Assembly: GCA_965243785.1 (NCBI GenBank)
Contig: CBDEVX010000016.1
Coordinates: 106,351-170,350, forward strand
DNA: 64,000 bases
Source: Hyphococcus sp.
GTDB taxonomy: Bacteria > Pseudomonadota > Alphaproteobacteria > Caulobacterales > Parvularculaceae
Reading direction: 5' to 3'
Numbering within the stretch: position 1 is the stretch's first letter; the number at the start of each line of letters is the position of its first letter. The translations under genes were made by a program, and so were the position numbers. Of this stretch, positions 1 to 10,745 are shown one piece after another. The notes below the pieces were generated by a model that was given only the letters and a program-made list of their open reading frames with translations, was not told the DNA's origin and ran no database searches.

Positions 1-784
1 AACGCTGTCTCATGAGCCTTTGACGCAAATTTATTCCATGGGCAAACGGCGAGACAGTCATCGCAGCCGTATATTCGATTGCCGATGCCAGCGCGAAGGT
101 CGCGAGGGATCGGGCCTTCATGTTCTATCGTGAGATAAGAGATGCAGCGCCGCGCATCGAGCTGGTAGGGCGCTGGGAACGCATCCGTCGGGCAGACGTC
201 AAGGCAATTGCGGCACGAACCGCAATGGTCGTCTTCCGGCGCGTCATGCGGCAACTTGATCGTTGTCAAAATCACGCCAAGAAAGAGCCATGAGCCGTGT
301 TGGCGAGAAACTAGATTGGTATGTTTTCCCTGCCACCCGGCGCCGGCCTGTTCGGCCAGCGGCTTCTCCATGACCGGTGCCGTGTCGACGAACACTTTCA
401 ACTCGCCGCCATAAGTTTCAGCGATCCAACGGCCAAGTTTTTTCAGACGCTTTTTGACGACATCATGGTAGTCGCGGTTTCTTGCATAAACTGAGATCAC
501 GCCATCCGACCGGTTTTGAAGCGCCGCCATCGGATCGATGTCCGGACCATAATTCTGGGTGAGGACGATCGCGCTCGATGCGTTGCGCCAAAGGGCCTGG
601 GGGTCGGCGCGCTGCTCGCGGCGTGCATGCAGCCATTCCATGTCGCCATGACGACGCTGATCGAGAAACACCATCAACCGCTCGCCGATTTCGGGCGGCA
701 GCGACGCCTTCGTGAAGTGCGCCCCGTCAAAGCCGAGGGCCAGCGCCTTTTCGCGAATGGCTTCCCGCGCGCGTTCTGTGTCAC
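1..784 (-). CDS. queG: tRNA epoxyqueuosine(34) reductase QueG (3' part runs off the window edge)
   Basis: Not in the ORF track; translated by hand from GTG at 784: [19 protein letters not shown]...[16 protein letters not shown]... and, near base 1, [20 protein letters not shown], the QueG Fe-S motif. Lies directly downstream of fzlA. Confidence 0.93.
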
Positions 785-790
785 CCACCG

Positions 791-1471
791 TCAAAAGTCC
801 GGGTCAGCGTAATGGCGCGGCGGCGGCATCCCCTCCACGCGATCGCGCAGGATCGGCCGCAGCGCCGGGCGCGACTTGATCCGCGCATACCACTCCTTGA
901 CGGCGGGAAACCGGTCCCAGGGAACGCCGTCTACATAATCGACGCAGGAAATATAGCCCGCCGCTGCAACATCCGCGGCCGTATAAATATCGCCGGCAAA
1001 CCAACTCCTTTGGTCGATCAGCCAGGCGAAGTAATCCATGTGCCAGTCGAGCGCCTCAAGGCCCGCCCGCAATAAATCATAATCCGGCTGGCCGCGTCGC
1101 ATGAGGCGTTTGTCGATCCGTTCCCGGACAATGAAGCCGATCACGTCCTGCTCGAATTTTTGCGTAAACCAGGCGACAAGCCGGCGCGTTTCCGCGCGCG
1201 GATGCGCGCCGGAGGGGAATAACGCCGGGCTTGGGTAGCGCTCTTCCAGATACTCCATAGCGACTGCGGCGGGTGCGATCGCGCACTCTGCGCCGTCCTG
1301 CGTCTCGTCGATCAAAACAGGAACGCCTCCCGCTGGATTAACCGCGGTGATCCGTTCCCCCGCTTCCCAGGGACGCGTTTCCTCAAATTCAGCCGGCAGG
1401 CCCTTTTCCGCAAGGGCGATGCGGATCATCCGCGAAGCCGGGTCCAGGGGCATATGCAACAGGCGCCGCAT
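791..1471 (-). CDS. fzlA: FtsZ-binding GST-fold protein FzlA
   Basis: GST fold ([13 protein letters not shown]). N-terminal [10 protein letters not shown] and C-terminal [10 protein letters not shown]...[10 protein letters not shown] match the FzlA pattern. Confidence 0.88.
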   Translation of the reverse strand: MRRLLHMPLDPASRMIRIALAEKGLPAEFEETRPWEAGERITAVNPAGGVPVLIDETQDGAECAIAPAAVAMEYLEERYPSPALFPSGAHPRAETRRLVAWFTQKFEQDVIGFIVRERIDKRLMRRGQPDYDLLRAGLEALDWHMDYFAWLIDQRSWFAGDIYTAADVAAAGYISCVDYVDGVPWDRFPAVKEWYARIKSRPALRPILRDRVEGMPPPRHYADPDF

Positions 1472-1735
1472 GTATTTTCCTTACCAACATCCGAGCGAGC
1501 GCGCGGTCTCCACGCGGCAGGCCATCGTACACTTTTGCCCCGCAACCCCGCGGGTTTGCAACAGCGCCCATTAACCATATCCGCCGGACGCTCAAAGGCG
1601 GGAATCGCAGCTGCAGAGCGCCTTTAGGCCCTCCGCGGGCGCCGCGGCAGGGGCTTTGCACCCATAGCATTAACAAAGCCGCAGAGGCGTCCCGATTCGG
1701 GATGCATGCGCGGCGCGGGCAAGGGGAACCGGAAC

Positions 1736-3349
1736 ATGTCCAGCAACCGCAACAGCCAATCCGGCGATTTTGCATGGCGGCGTCCGGCGCCGGCGGCGCG
1801 CCGGATCGCCGTGACGCTTTACGCCTGGCAGCGGCCGGCAATTTCCTATTTCGTCGCACTCCTTGCGGCCGCGCCGTTTATTGCCGCTGCGTTTCTCGCC
1901 CCGGCTCTGTTGAGCCTGTCGCCCACGATTGACATGATCGCGCCCATTGCCGACGCGCGCGCGGCAATGGCCGGTGAAATCCGTATAGAAACCGTGACGG
2001 CGCCGTTTTATCTCGTGACGCTGATGATCGGCGACATGTTCGCCGAGTCGCCCGGGCGCGTTCATCTTGTCGCAAAAGCGATCAGCGCGCTTATCGTCGT
2101 CGCGCCAATGGCGTATTTCTCCGTCTCTCGGTTGCCGTTGTTTGCCGGCGCTGTGATGACGGCGGCGCTCGCCGGAACCGTCGCGTCGCCTTTTGGCGGG
2201 CCGGCCGAGTTCGCGCTCGCGCTGTTCCTCGTTTGCGCGTTCTGTTTTCTGTCGCCTTGCGCGGATCATTCAAGAGGTCGCGCTCGGTTTGAAGGCGTGT
2301 TCGCGGGCGCATCGCTTTTTGTGTTGTGGCTGCTCAACCCGGTATTTTCGCTGGCCGGTTTTGCCGTCCTGTCATTCTGTCCGTTCCTTTCCGGGCCGCA
2401 TGGCTTAAACCGGTATGCGTCGACGCTGGTGATATTCGCCATTTGCGGCGGAGTGGCGGAATATTTCGCGCCGGGCATTAACGTTGCGCGCGCCGCGGCG
2501 GCGTCCGGCACACTGACGATGGGCGTTAATTTCACTGGCGATGAAAGCGCCTTTCGCCTTAGCGGCGTTGCGGTCAGCGCGTTTCTCGTACTTGCGATGA
2601 CCGGCGTTTTCGGCGGGCCTGAACACAGGCGCGCAACGCTGACGGCGCTGTTCTTCGGCGTGATCTCATTCGCGGCGGCATGGTTTGCCGGCGCCAACAC
2701 GCTGCCGGTTTTCGTGTTTGCCGCAACAATTGCAGCGTTCTCTGTTTCCTCGCCGTTTTACGACGGGCTGTTCCAGAACCATGACCGCGCCAGCGTCGCT
2801 GCGGCGCTCGGCGTTGCTGTCTTGCCGATGTTCTGGACCGGCGCCATGGCGGCGCACGCGGCGCAACAGTTTTCTTTGCAGCACCAGACAGCGCAAAATG
2901 CGCCGCAAGACATTCGGTCGGAGCTTGCCCTCGTGCAGCCTGGCGGTCCCACCATCGCCACCTGGATCGAGGAAGGACGTTTCTCAACGCCCGAAGCGCG
3001 TGAATTGCTGGCGCTAGCGCCGGTTGATCAGTCCGCAATGTTGCTGGAGGCGGCGAGCCGCGCCAAGGCAATTACTGCGCGCGGCCATGAGGTCGCTATC
3101 CTCACGGGGGCCGACGCCGCATGCGTCATCGCCGATGCGCGGGGCTGTCGCGCTGACAGCAATAAAGCCGCGGCTAAAGCAAGCGTCGTCTTTGTGCCGC
3201 GCCTCGATCTGGGGCCGAGCGCCCTCGCTGCGAAAGGTCGTGCCGAGGCCCTTCTCTACACAGAATTCAAGCTCCAGGAAGAAACGCCGTTCTGGGAGAT
3301 CTGGGTCCGACGCAACAACGCCATCGCCGGCGGTCTGCTGCGCAACTAG
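1736..3349 (+). CDS. Hypothetical polytopic membrane protein with C-terminal soluble domain
   Basis: Long ORF with many Ala/Phe/Leu-rich hydrophobic segments followed by a hydrophilic tail of about 150 aa. ATG 1736 chosen because of an upstream AAGGGGA. Confidence 0.7.
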   Translation: MSSNRNSQSGDFAWRRPAPAARRIAVTLYAWQRPAISYFVALLAAAPFIAAAFLAPALLSLSPTIDMIAPIADARAAMAGEIRIETVTAPFYLVTLMIGDMFAESPGRVHLVAKAISALIVVAPMAYFSVSRLPLFAGAVMTAALAGTVASPFGGPAEFALALFLVCAFCFLSPCADHSRGRARFEGVFAGASLFVLWLLNPVFSLAGFAVLSFCPFLSGPHGLNRYASTLVIFAICGGVAEYFAPGINVARAAAASGTLTMGVNFTGDESAFRLSGVAVSAFLVLAMTGVFGGPEHRRATLTALFFGVISFAAAWFAGANTLPVFVFAATIAAFSVSSPFYDGLFQNHDRASVAAALGVAVLPMFWTGAMAAHAAQQFSLQHQTAQNAPQDIRSELALVQPGGPTIATWIEEGRFSTPEARELLALAPVDQSAMLLEAASRAKAITARGHEVAILTGADAACVIADARGCRADSNKAAAKASVVFVPRLDLGPSALAAKGRAEALLYTEFKLQEETPFWEIWVRRNNAIAGGLLRN

Positions 3350-3350
3350 A

Positions 3351-4151
3351 TTATGCGCCCAAGGCAATAAAGTGCGGATTATCGAAACCGCGTTCGCGCT
3401 TGTTGTAGGTCAGGCGTTCGCCGGAGGGGTGCACGCAGACCCTGCCGCCGGCCGCCTCCAGCACGGCTTGCCCCGCGCCGGTGTCCCACTCCATGGTGCG
3501 TCCGAAACGCGGATAGATATGGGCCGCGCCTTCTGCGATCAGGCAGAATTTCAATGACGATCCAGCGGCCGCGAAATTAGCGACGTTAAGCGTTTCCAGA
3601 TATTCGTCAGTCTCCGGCGATCGGTGCGACCGGCTTGCGACGGCAATCACGCCTTTGGCGGGGATCGGGACGGCGCGGATGTCACGCCGGTTCGACAGGC
3701 CGCCATCGTCCGTTACCTCGACGAGCCACGCGCTGTGACCGACGACGCCGGCGTAGAGTTTTCCAATTGCGGGCGCATAGACAACGCCCAAGGCCGGCCT
3801 CGCATTTCGGATGAGCGCAATGTTGACGGTGAATTCGCCAGTGCGGTTTATAAACTCACGCGTACCGTCGAGGGGGTCGACGAGAAAAAATTCATCGCCG
3901 AGGCTCGGAATGCGGCCGTCGCTGGCGGCTTCCTCGGCGAGGACAGGTATGTTCGGTGCGATGGCGTAAAGGCCGGCGAGAATGATGTCCTCGCCGCGCT
4001 TATCCGCCTCGGTCACCGGCGAGGCATCGTCTTTTTGTTCGGCGACAAAATCGCCGCCGTAAATCGACATGATTTGGGCGCCAGCTTTGACCGCAAGGGC
4101 CGTCAGCGCGTCAGACAGTTCACAATCATCGGAGTAGGTCAGCGTGTTCAC
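3351..4151 (-). CDS. cysQ: 3'(2'),5'-bisphosphate nucleotidase CysQ
   Basis: SPVTEAD, VLAEE, FLVDPLDGTREF, GSSLKFCLIAEG and MEWDTGAGQAVL motifs. Confidence 0.93.
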   Translation of the reverse strand: MNTLTYSDDCELSDALTALAVKAGAQIMSIYGGDFVAEQKDDASPVTEADKRGEDIILAGLYAIAPNIPVLAEEAASDGRIPSLGDEFFLVDPLDGTREFINRTGEFTVNIALIRNARPALGVVYAPAIGKLYAGVVGHSAWLVEVTDDGGLSNRRDIRAVPIPAKGVIAVASRSHRSPETDEYLETLNVANFAAAGSSLKFCLIAEGAAHIYPRFGRTMEWDTGAGQAVLEAAGGRVCVHPSGERLTYNKRERGFDNPHFIALGA

Positions 4152-4194
4152 CGCTCGGCTGATAGGGCCACGCAGCGCCTATTGGCAAGCCCCG

Positions 4195-4419
4195 TCAGCG
4201 AAATGCGACGATAGTGAAGGCGGCGGCCTGTTTCGGCATTAACCCCGTCGCCGGAATGATGTCCTGAACAATCCAGCCTTCGTCGGCGAGCGCGTTAAGG
4301 CGTTCCTGCATGGCCGCGGCCGCAGCCCGTGCGTAGTCGCGTTCATTGGCGACAAGACCGACGGGTCGACGTTTGGCGTCGCGCCAACTGACATGGAATA
4401 CGGCAAACTGTTTCGACAT
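4195..4419 (-). CDS. Small hypothetical protein, DUF4177-like
   Basis: 74 aa containing RLNALADEGWIV, similar to the LN.LG.EGWE.V pattern of DUF4177-type proteins. Confidence 0.55.
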   Translation of the reverse strand: MSKQFAVFHVSWRDAKRRPVGLVANERDYARAAAAAMQERLNALADEGWIVQDIIPATGLMPKQAAAFTIVAFR

Positions 4420-4611
4420 GGGACAACGGACCCTCGCGCCGGCGTCGGCGGATTTGCTTTGACTTTATACAGGCAATTGCCGGGCCGTTAAGGCGCGATC
4501 GTGGCGTAGCGCCCGAACGGTGCGGTTTCGCGCAGAAAGAGCGCCCGTCGTTACCTTTTATTTGCCTTAATATGCGCACTCTCGACTCCTATCGGTGTGG
4601 GCTTGCGGCGA

Positions 4612-6066
4612 ATGACCTCGACGGATTCATTCACGCGCGAGGATATTGTCGAACAGCGCGGGCGGCGGCCTTCGGTCCTGCGCGTGCTGCTCGGCGATCT
4701 CGTGCAAATCGTGGAGTTCGTCGGCGTGATCGCAATATCCGCTGGCGTCGCGCTGGCGTATCACGCATACCCGCTAAACACGCCATTTGACCTGCAGGAT
4801 TACGCCGCCGCGGGCATAATCGGCGCCACAGGCGTTACGGCGCTCCTTCGGCGGGATGGATTTTATGAATTTGACAGACTGCTGACGTCGACCGGCGTTC
4901 TTCGCGCCATCGGATCACGTTGGATGTTCGTCGTGCTGGGCCTGTTGGCGTTCGGATTTGCGCTGAAGATTTCGGAAAATTATTCCCGCGTCTGGTTAGT
5001 CGCCTGGTCGATCGGCGTCGTCGCATTTCTTTTCACGACGCGTTGCGTTGCTGCGGCGATTACCGGCCGACTGGTTCGCGACGGCGGCGCCTTTGCCCGG
5101 CGAATCGCCATCGTTGGTACGACCCCGGCAGCCGCTCGGTTCGCCGAAGAAGCGGGCGCCGCGCGTTCCGGCGCAATGGTGGTGGGTGTTTATGACGCCG
5201 GCGTTGGCGGTAGCGATCAGCGCGCAGTAAAGTGCGACATACGCGATCTCGACGCGCTTGAGCGCGCAGCGCGCGACGGCGCCGTTGATGATATCGTCAT
5301 CGCCGCGCTGAGCGCCGATAAAGATGAAATGGCGAAGCTGGTGCGCCGCCTTTCGGCGTTGCCTGTTTCCGTATCACTTTGCCCCAGTCAACATTGGATA
5401 GATCATTGCGGCGGCGCCGTAACGCGACTTGGCCAGGTCAACGTGCTTTCCCTTTATCGGCGCCCGCTCGAAGGGTGGGGCGGGGTTTCAAAGATCATCG
5501 CCGATTATGTCGCCGCGGCGATCCTGTTGGTTGCCCTGGCGCCGCTGATGTTGATCATCGCAGCGGCGATCAGGATGCAGGATCGCGGACCGGCGATCTT
5601 TTCCCAACAACGCCACGGCTTTAACAACTCGGTGTTCCGCATTTACAAATTCCGCACCATGACGGTGACGGAAGACGGCGCGAAAATCGCGCAGGCGCGG
5701 CCGGGCGATCCGCGCATCACGCCCCTGGGAAAACTCCTGCGCCGCTACAGCCTTGATGAATTGCCGCAGCTTTTTAACGTCGTGGCGGGCCAGATGTCGC
5801 TGGTCGGGCCGCGCCCGCACGCTCTTGCGCACAATCATCAATATGCGCGGCTGATCGAGAACTATTCCGGCCGTCACAAGGTGAAGCCGGGCATTACCGG
5901 TTGGGCTCAGGTCAACGGCTATCGCGGCGAAACTTCCGAAAATGAACTGATGGAAGAGCGTGTTCGCTTTGACCTCGCCTATATCGATAACTGGTCTTTG
6001 TGGTTTGATTTCAAAATCCTTGTCTTGACCGTTCTGGCGGTGGCCTTTCCGAAAAATGCCGTCTAA
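4612..6066 (+). CDS. Undecaprenyl-phosphate glucose phosphotransferase (WcaJ/PssA/HfsE-type priming glycosyltransferase)
   Basis: N-terminal TM bundle and C-terminal bacterial sugar transferase domain: FRIYKFRTM, DPRITPLGKLLRRYSLDELPQLFNV, MSLVGPRPHA, KPGITGWAQVNG. Confidence 0.93.
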   Translation: MTSTDSFTREDIVEQRGRRPSVLRVLLGDLVQIVEFVGVIAISAGVALAYHAYPLNTPFDLQDYAAAGIIGATGVTALLRRDGFYEFDRLLTSTGVLRAIGSRWMFVVLGLLAFGFALKISENYSRVWLVAWSIGVVAFLFTTRCVAAAITGRLVRDGGAFARRIAIVGTTPAAARFAEEAGAARSGAMVVGVYDAGVGGSDQRAVKCDIRDLDALERAARDGAVDDIVIAALSADKDEMAKLVRRLSALPVSVSLCPSQHWIDHCGGAVTRLGQVNVLSLYRRPLEGWGGVSKIIADYVAAAILLVALAPLMLIIAAAIRMQDRGPAIFSQQRHGFNNSVFRIYKFRTMTVTEDGAKIAQARPGDPRITPLGKLLRRYSLDELPQLFNVVAGQMSLVGPRPHALAHNHQYARLIENYSGRHKVKPGITGWAQVNGYRGETSENELMEERVRFDLAYIDNWSLWFDFKILVLTVLAVAFPKNAV

Positions 6067-6127
6067 ACAAAATGCGGGGCGCAGCAGCCTGCGGCGCGCC
6101 GCGCATCAGCTATGAAAGGCCAGTTTC

Positions 6128-7435
6128 ATGCGGGTAACGATGATCGGCGCCGGTTATGTCGGGCTTGTCTCCGGCGCCTGTTTTGCGGATTTCGGTCACG
6201 AAGTCGTTTGTGTCGACAAGGACGAGGAAAAAATCCGCAAACTCGAAGACGGCGTCATGCCGATCTATGAGCCGGGCCTCGAAAGCTTGGTCGCCGAAAA
6301 TGTGAAGGCTGGCCGATTGTCCTTCAGCCTCGATCTGGCGGCGTCGACGCCTGATGCGGACGCCGTCTTTATCGCCGTCGGCACGCCCTCGCGCCGGGGC
6401 GACGGCTTTGCCGACCTCACCTATGTCTATCAGGCGGCGGAAGAGATCGCGAAGGTCATCAAGGGTTATACGGTGATCGTCACCAAATCCACTGTGCCGG
6501 TTGGCACCGGCGCCGAGGTCGAGGCGATTATCAACAGAACGCGCCCGGACGCGGAATTCTCCGTCGTTTCCAATCCGGAGTTCCTACGGGAAGGGGCGGC
6601 GATCAACGATTTTAAACGACCGGACCGCGTCATCGTCGGCGTCGAGGACGAGCAGTCGATCGCGGTCATGCGCGAACTCTATCGTCCCCTATATCTCAAC
6701 GAAACGCCTGTCGTCTTTACGAACCGATCGACGTCGGAGTTGATCAAATATGCGGCCAACGCATTTCTTGCGACCAAGATCACCTTCATCAACGAGATGG
6801 CCGACATCTGCGAGAAAGTCGGCGCCAATGTGCAGGAAGTAGCGCGCGGCATCGGCCTTGATGGGCGCATCGGCGGAAAGTTTCTTCACGCGGGGCCGGG
6901 CTATGGCGGCTCATGCTTTCCGAAAGACACGCTGGCCCTGGTGAAGACCGCCCAGACCTATGATGCACCGACAAAGATTGTTGAGGCGGTCGTCGATATC
7001 AATGATCGCCGGAAGAGACGGATGGCCGACCGCGTCGTCGCGGCCTGCGGCGGTTCGATTGACGGCAAAACGATCGCCGTGCTCGGACTTACATTTAAAC
7101 CGAATACGGACGATATGCGCGATTCGCCGTCGCTGGACATCATTCCTGCGCTGCAGGCGCAAGGCGCCAAAATCGCGGCGTTCGATCCCGCCGGCATGGA
7201 TGAGGCGGCGGGTCTGTTGACGGACGTTGACTATAAAGAGGGGCCCTATCAGACGCTGGAAGGGGCTGACGCCGTCGTTATTATTACGGAGTGGGATGAA
7301 TTTCGCGCGCTGGACGTCGAACGCGTCAAGTCGCTGATGAAAACGCCGGTCATGGTCGATTTGCGCAATATCTACGGCGCAACGGAGATGATCGCCAGCG
7401 GCGTCGACTACCACTCAATCGGCCGGCCGGTTTAG
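6128..7435 (+). CDS. ugd: UDP-glucose 6-dehydrogenase
   Basis: GAGYVGL, KSTVPVGT, SNPEFLREG, GPGYGGSCFPKD and GLTFKPNTDDMR motifs. Confidence 0.96.
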   Translation: MRVTMIGAGYVGLVSGACFADFGHEVVCVDKDEEKIRKLEDGVMPIYEPGLESLVAENVKAGRLSFSLDLAASTPDADAVFIAVGTPSRRGDGFADLTYVYQAAEEIAKVIKGYTVIVTKSTVPVGTGAEVEAIINRTRPDAEFSVVSNPEFLREGAAINDFKRPDRVIVGVEDEQSIAVMRELYRPLYLNETPVVFTNRSTSELIKYAANAFLATKITFINEMADICEKVGANVQEVARGIGLDGRIGGKFLHAGPGYGGSCFPKDTLALVKTAQTYDAPTKIVEAVVDINDRRKRRMADRVVAACGGSIDGKTIAVLGLTFKPNTDDMRDSPSLDIIPALQAQGAKIAAFDPAGMDEAAGLLTDVDYKEGPYQTLEGADAVVIITEWDEFRALDVERVKSLMKTPVMVDLRNIYGATEMIASGVDYHSIGRPV

Positions 7436-7947
7436 GCGGCGCGCAGTTTTTTCAGAACTTTAGATTTTCGGGCGCCAGCCGGCGTTCCAGTGGAGACGAC
7501 CGTATCGATGCGCGCCTGACGGAGGATGTCGGCGGTAAGCATTGGCGCTTCGCTGCGGAATTGCGTTTTGCCATCCGGGTCCACGTAAACGATGTTGAAC
7601 CCAGTTCCCGCGGCAATCGCATGGCGCAACAACGCTGGATCAAGCCAGTCGAGCGGTTCGCCGTTTTTGCGCGGCGTATCTTCGCCGTAGAGCTCCATCA
7701 CGACGACGTCGTCTCGAATGAGCGCCGGAATGGCCGGCTTCAAGAGGCGGCGCTGCATGCGGCAAGCCTGGTGGTTCGCCGCGGGGCCGACAATGAAGAG
7801 CGTATTTTTCGGCGTGAACTTACGGACCGTTTCCGTTTTGCGCAGGCTCGCTGTCACCTCGGCGGCGATGTTCGGCCGTACTGACAGGAGGGCGGCGACG
7901 CCGCCGACGACCAGGCATATGGCGATGATGAACAACGAAAAACCCAT
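7432..7947 (-). CDS. Exported or membrane-anchored DUF4174-like protein
   Basis: Hydrophobic N-terminus; FNIVYVDPDGKTQFRSEAP resembles the DUF4174 (LIGKDGGVK-like) C-terminal pattern. Confidence 0.55.
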   Translation of the reverse strand: MGFSLFIIAICLVVGGVAALLSVRPNIAAEVTASLRKTETVRKFTPKNTLFIVGPAANHQACRMQRRLLKPAIPALIRDDVVVMELYGEDTPRKNGEPLDWLDPALLRHAIAAGTGFNIVYVDPDGKTQFRSEAPMLTADILRQARIDTVVSTGTPAGARKSKVLKKLRAA

Positions 7948-8106
7948 AGCGGCCTAAATTTATGGTTACGACATTGCCGCAGCGTTAAAGCGTCAGTGCA
8001 AATAGCGGCGACATTGACCAGTGATATGCAACTCACTTGCCATACGGCGAACACGCCGCAAAAGTTCGTTAAAGCCTGTTAACTATTTGTCGGGCTGGCT
8101 CGGATT

Positions 8107-9078
8107 TCAGAGCGCCTTGCCGGCGCTAAGCCGCCACTTGGCGAAGCGTTTAATTCCTTCCGCAAGCGTAACGGTCGGTGAATAGCCGAGTTCAGACCGG
8201 GCCCGCGTGATATCGGCCCATGTACGCTCCACATCGCCGGGCTGCATCGGTTTCATGATCTTCTCGGAAGTTTTCCCCAGCTCTTGTTCGAGCAGCGTTA
8301 CCAGGGTCATCAGCTGTTCCGGCTGGTCGTTCCCGAGATTGAAAATCCGATGGAAATGATGATCGGCCCCCGGCGGGCGATCATGGGCTGCGAGGACGCC
8401 CATGACGATGTCGTCGATATAGGTGAAATCGCGCGCCATCGCCCCGTTGTTGAAGATTTCGATCGGCGCGCCACTGAGGATCTTGTCCGCGAAAATCCAG
8501 TAGGCCATGTCCGGCCGTCCCCACGGTCCATACACGGTGAAAAAGCGAAGGCCGGTCTGCGGTAGGGCGTAGAGCCGCCCGTAAGACGCCGACATCGCCT
8601 CATTGGCTTTCTTGGTCGCGCCGTAAAGTGAGACCGGCGCATCGGTCGCGTCGGCTTCACCAAAAGGCGTTTTCTCATTGGCGCCATAGACGGACGAAGA
8701 CGAGGCGTATGTCAGATGATCGACTTTGCGGCGCCGCGCTAGTTCCAAGATAGAAAGATGGCCATCGAGATTTGATTTTCCGTACTCGAATGGATGTGTG
8801 ATGGAATGGCGCACGCCCGCTTGCGCCGCCAGGTGAATGATTGATGAGAACTCCGCTCCGGCCAGGGCCGTGGTCAGCTCCTGATAGTTTGCAATGTCTA
8901 CTTTGATGAACTGGAAATTCGCATTGGCGCCGACCCGTTCGAGGCGTGCATGTTTCAACGCTGGCGAATAATAATCGTTGAGATTGTCAACGCCAATCAC
9001 CTTGTCGCCGCGCGCCATTAAAGCGAGCGCCGTTTCCGATCCGATAAAGCCGGCGGCGCCGGTAACAAGAATGGTCAT
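8107..9078 (-). CDS. NAD-dependent nucleotide-sugar epimerase (UDP-glucuronate 4-epimerase-like)
   Basis: VTGAAGFIG, HLAAQAGVR, YASSSSVYG, YGATKK (YxxxK), RFFTVYGPWGRPDMA and RDFTYIDDIV. Confidence 0.92.
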   Translation of the reverse strand: MTILVTGAAGFIGSETALALMARGDKVIGVDNLNDYYSPALKHARLERVGANANFQFIKVDIANYQELTTALAGAEFSSIIHLAAQAGVRHSITHPFEYGKSNLDGHLSILELARRRKVDHLTYASSSSVYGANEKTPFGEADATDAPVSLYGATKKANEAMSASYGRLYALPQTGLRFFTVYGPWGRPDMAYWIFADKILSGAPIEIFNNGAMARDFTYIDDIVMGVLAAHDRPPGADHHFHRIFNLGNDQPEQLMTLVTLLEQELGKTSEKIMKPMQPGDVERTWADITRARSELGYSPTVTLAEGIKRFAKWRLSAGKAL

Positions 9079-9133
9079 CCCGGAGAACTAGTCATGCTGC
9101 AAGCAACAGTAGTGCATAGACGCGAACCAATCG

Positions 9134-10480
9134 TTACGATGCTCTTAAACTAGACGCCGAAAGGGCCTCTTCATAGAGCCCCTCAGGAAGCCGGCGCCAT
9201 CGCTGGATCATAATGGCACCAATTAAGATCATCGCGGCGCCGACGCCGGCGAAAACGATGGTTGGGTCGATATTGCCGCCAGTCACGACGAGAATGGACA
9301 GCGATCCCGGGATGGCGAAGGCGGCGTTGGCGAATATGCCGGCGGCGAGGATGCGGGCGCGGATCGGCGCCGGCGCGCGCCGCTGCATGGCGGCCTGCAA
9401 AGGTGCGATATAAACGCCGGAAAGGGCCGATGTGGCGACAAAAAATCCCACAAGCGCAATACCCGCCGGAGATGAGAAAAGGGCGGCAAGGGTCAGCGGC
9501 GCGTCGCTGGTGCCGGCGGCGAAGGGCGTAATGGCGACAACGGCGAAACTCATGACGCCGGCGGCGATGATCGCGCAGGTCGACCACCCGAAGCCGGTGC
9601 GGCCTTTAGCAAGGCTTGCCGCCGCGACCGCGCCGATCATCGCGCCAATCGCAAAAAGACCGTTCAGGGCGACCCAGACAAGTGGGTCGGCGTTCAGTGA
9701 ATCCCGGCCGTAAAGCGGCACTGCGACGGTCACTGCCGTTGACAGGAAATAGAATACGCCGATGCCGAGCAGCGTCGGCGCAACGCCGCGCGCGCCAAAT
9801 GCCAGTCGGAACATGGCGATCGTTTGCGCGACGCCGTTGAAGTTGAGGTTCAGCGCCGGATCGTTCGCTGCGGCGAAAGGCGTCCTAAGCGCCGCGAGCC
9901 AGCCGATGAGCGCGGCGGTGACTAGCGCTGCGCCGACCGCAATACCGCTTTCGGTAATCAAAAACCCGCCGGCCGTATAGCCAAGGAGAATAAACGTAAA
10001 GAGGCCTGCGTTGCAGAGGCCGTTACCACGAACCAGCTCATCCGTATAAAGATATTTCGGCATTGCGCCGACCCGCACCGGCGAGAAGAACGCGGATTGC
10101 GCGCCCATGGCGAACAGCATGGCGATGGCGAGCAGACCGTTTCCAAATGCGAAGGCAAGCGCGGCGACGGTCATCAACACGATTTCCATGAATTTCGTGC
10201 GCCGAAACATCATCGAAGTTTCGTATTTGTCGGCAAGCTGCCCAGACACGGACGAAAACAGCAAAATAGCCAGCGGCAGGAGCGCGCCGATATAGGGGAT
10301 CGCATTATCGGCGTCGGTGAAGAACGGGACATTGATGAGGCCGGCTGGAATGCCAATCAGCAACGCCTGGCGAAGGGTGTTGTCGGCAAAGGTGCCAAAG
10401 GAGAGCGCCACCCACATGGGAAAAAAACGCCGCTGGAAAAACAGCGGCAGGCGGGAAATCGGTTCGGCCGCGCCCGTCAC
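9134..10480 (-). CDS. MFS transporter, LplT/Aas-like
   Basis: About 12 TM segments; FGTFADN, GQLADKYE and MGAQSAFFSPVR...P.YL...ELVRGNGL patterns typical of LplT-type MFS proteins. Confidence 0.8.
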   Translation of the reverse strand: MTGAAEPISRLPLFFQRRFFPMWVALSFGTFADNTLRQALLIGIPAGLINVPFFTDADNAIPYIGALLPLAILLFSSVSGQLADKYETSMMFRRTKFMEIVLMTVAALAFAFGNGLLAIAMLFAMGAQSAFFSPVRVGAMPKYLYTDELVRGNGLCNAGLFTFILLGYTAGGFLITESGIAVGAALVTAALIGWLAALRTPFAAANDPALNLNFNGVAQTIAMFRLAFGARGVAPTLLGIGVFYFLSTAVTVAVPLYGRDSLNADPLVWVALNGLFAIGAMIGAVAAASLAKGRTGFGWSTCAIIAAGVMSFAVVAITPFAAGTSDAPLTLAALFSSPAGIALVGFFVATSALSGVYIAPLQAAMQRRAPAPIRARILAAGIFANAAFAIPGSLSILVVTGGNIDPTIVFAGVGAAMILIGAIMIQRWRRLPEGLYEEALSASSLRAS

Positions 10481-10745
10481 GCCGGCGATCCGGCTGGTCG
10501 GGCGGCGATTATCCCTCCGGCGATCGGCCCCATTTGTTTTGGCGCTTGAAAAACGGCGCTTTTAGCGGCTGGCATTTCTGGATTCTCATTCTGTTCGCGG
10601 AAAATGGCTATCGGCCGCCTCGGCAATGAAATCAATGCATTGCAACGACGTGGGCGATGGCTATATACCGCGAAGCCGTGGCGGCGGGGGCGGCCAGATC
10701 GCAGCCTGTCGCCAGCCTGCAAATTCCCGAGGAGAGGAATATTCC

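Noticed and set aside
8069-8083. TTAA-AGCCTG-TTAAC as a CtrA site
   Set aside because: The spacer is 6 bp rather than 7, and the site lies between the 3' end of one gene and the start of another with no other support.
3351-9078. cysQ beside polysaccharide genes as evidence of a sulfated exopolysaccharide pathway
   Set aside because: No sulfotransferase, APS kinase, polymerase/export or other glycosyltransferase genes are visible; proximity alone is insufficient.
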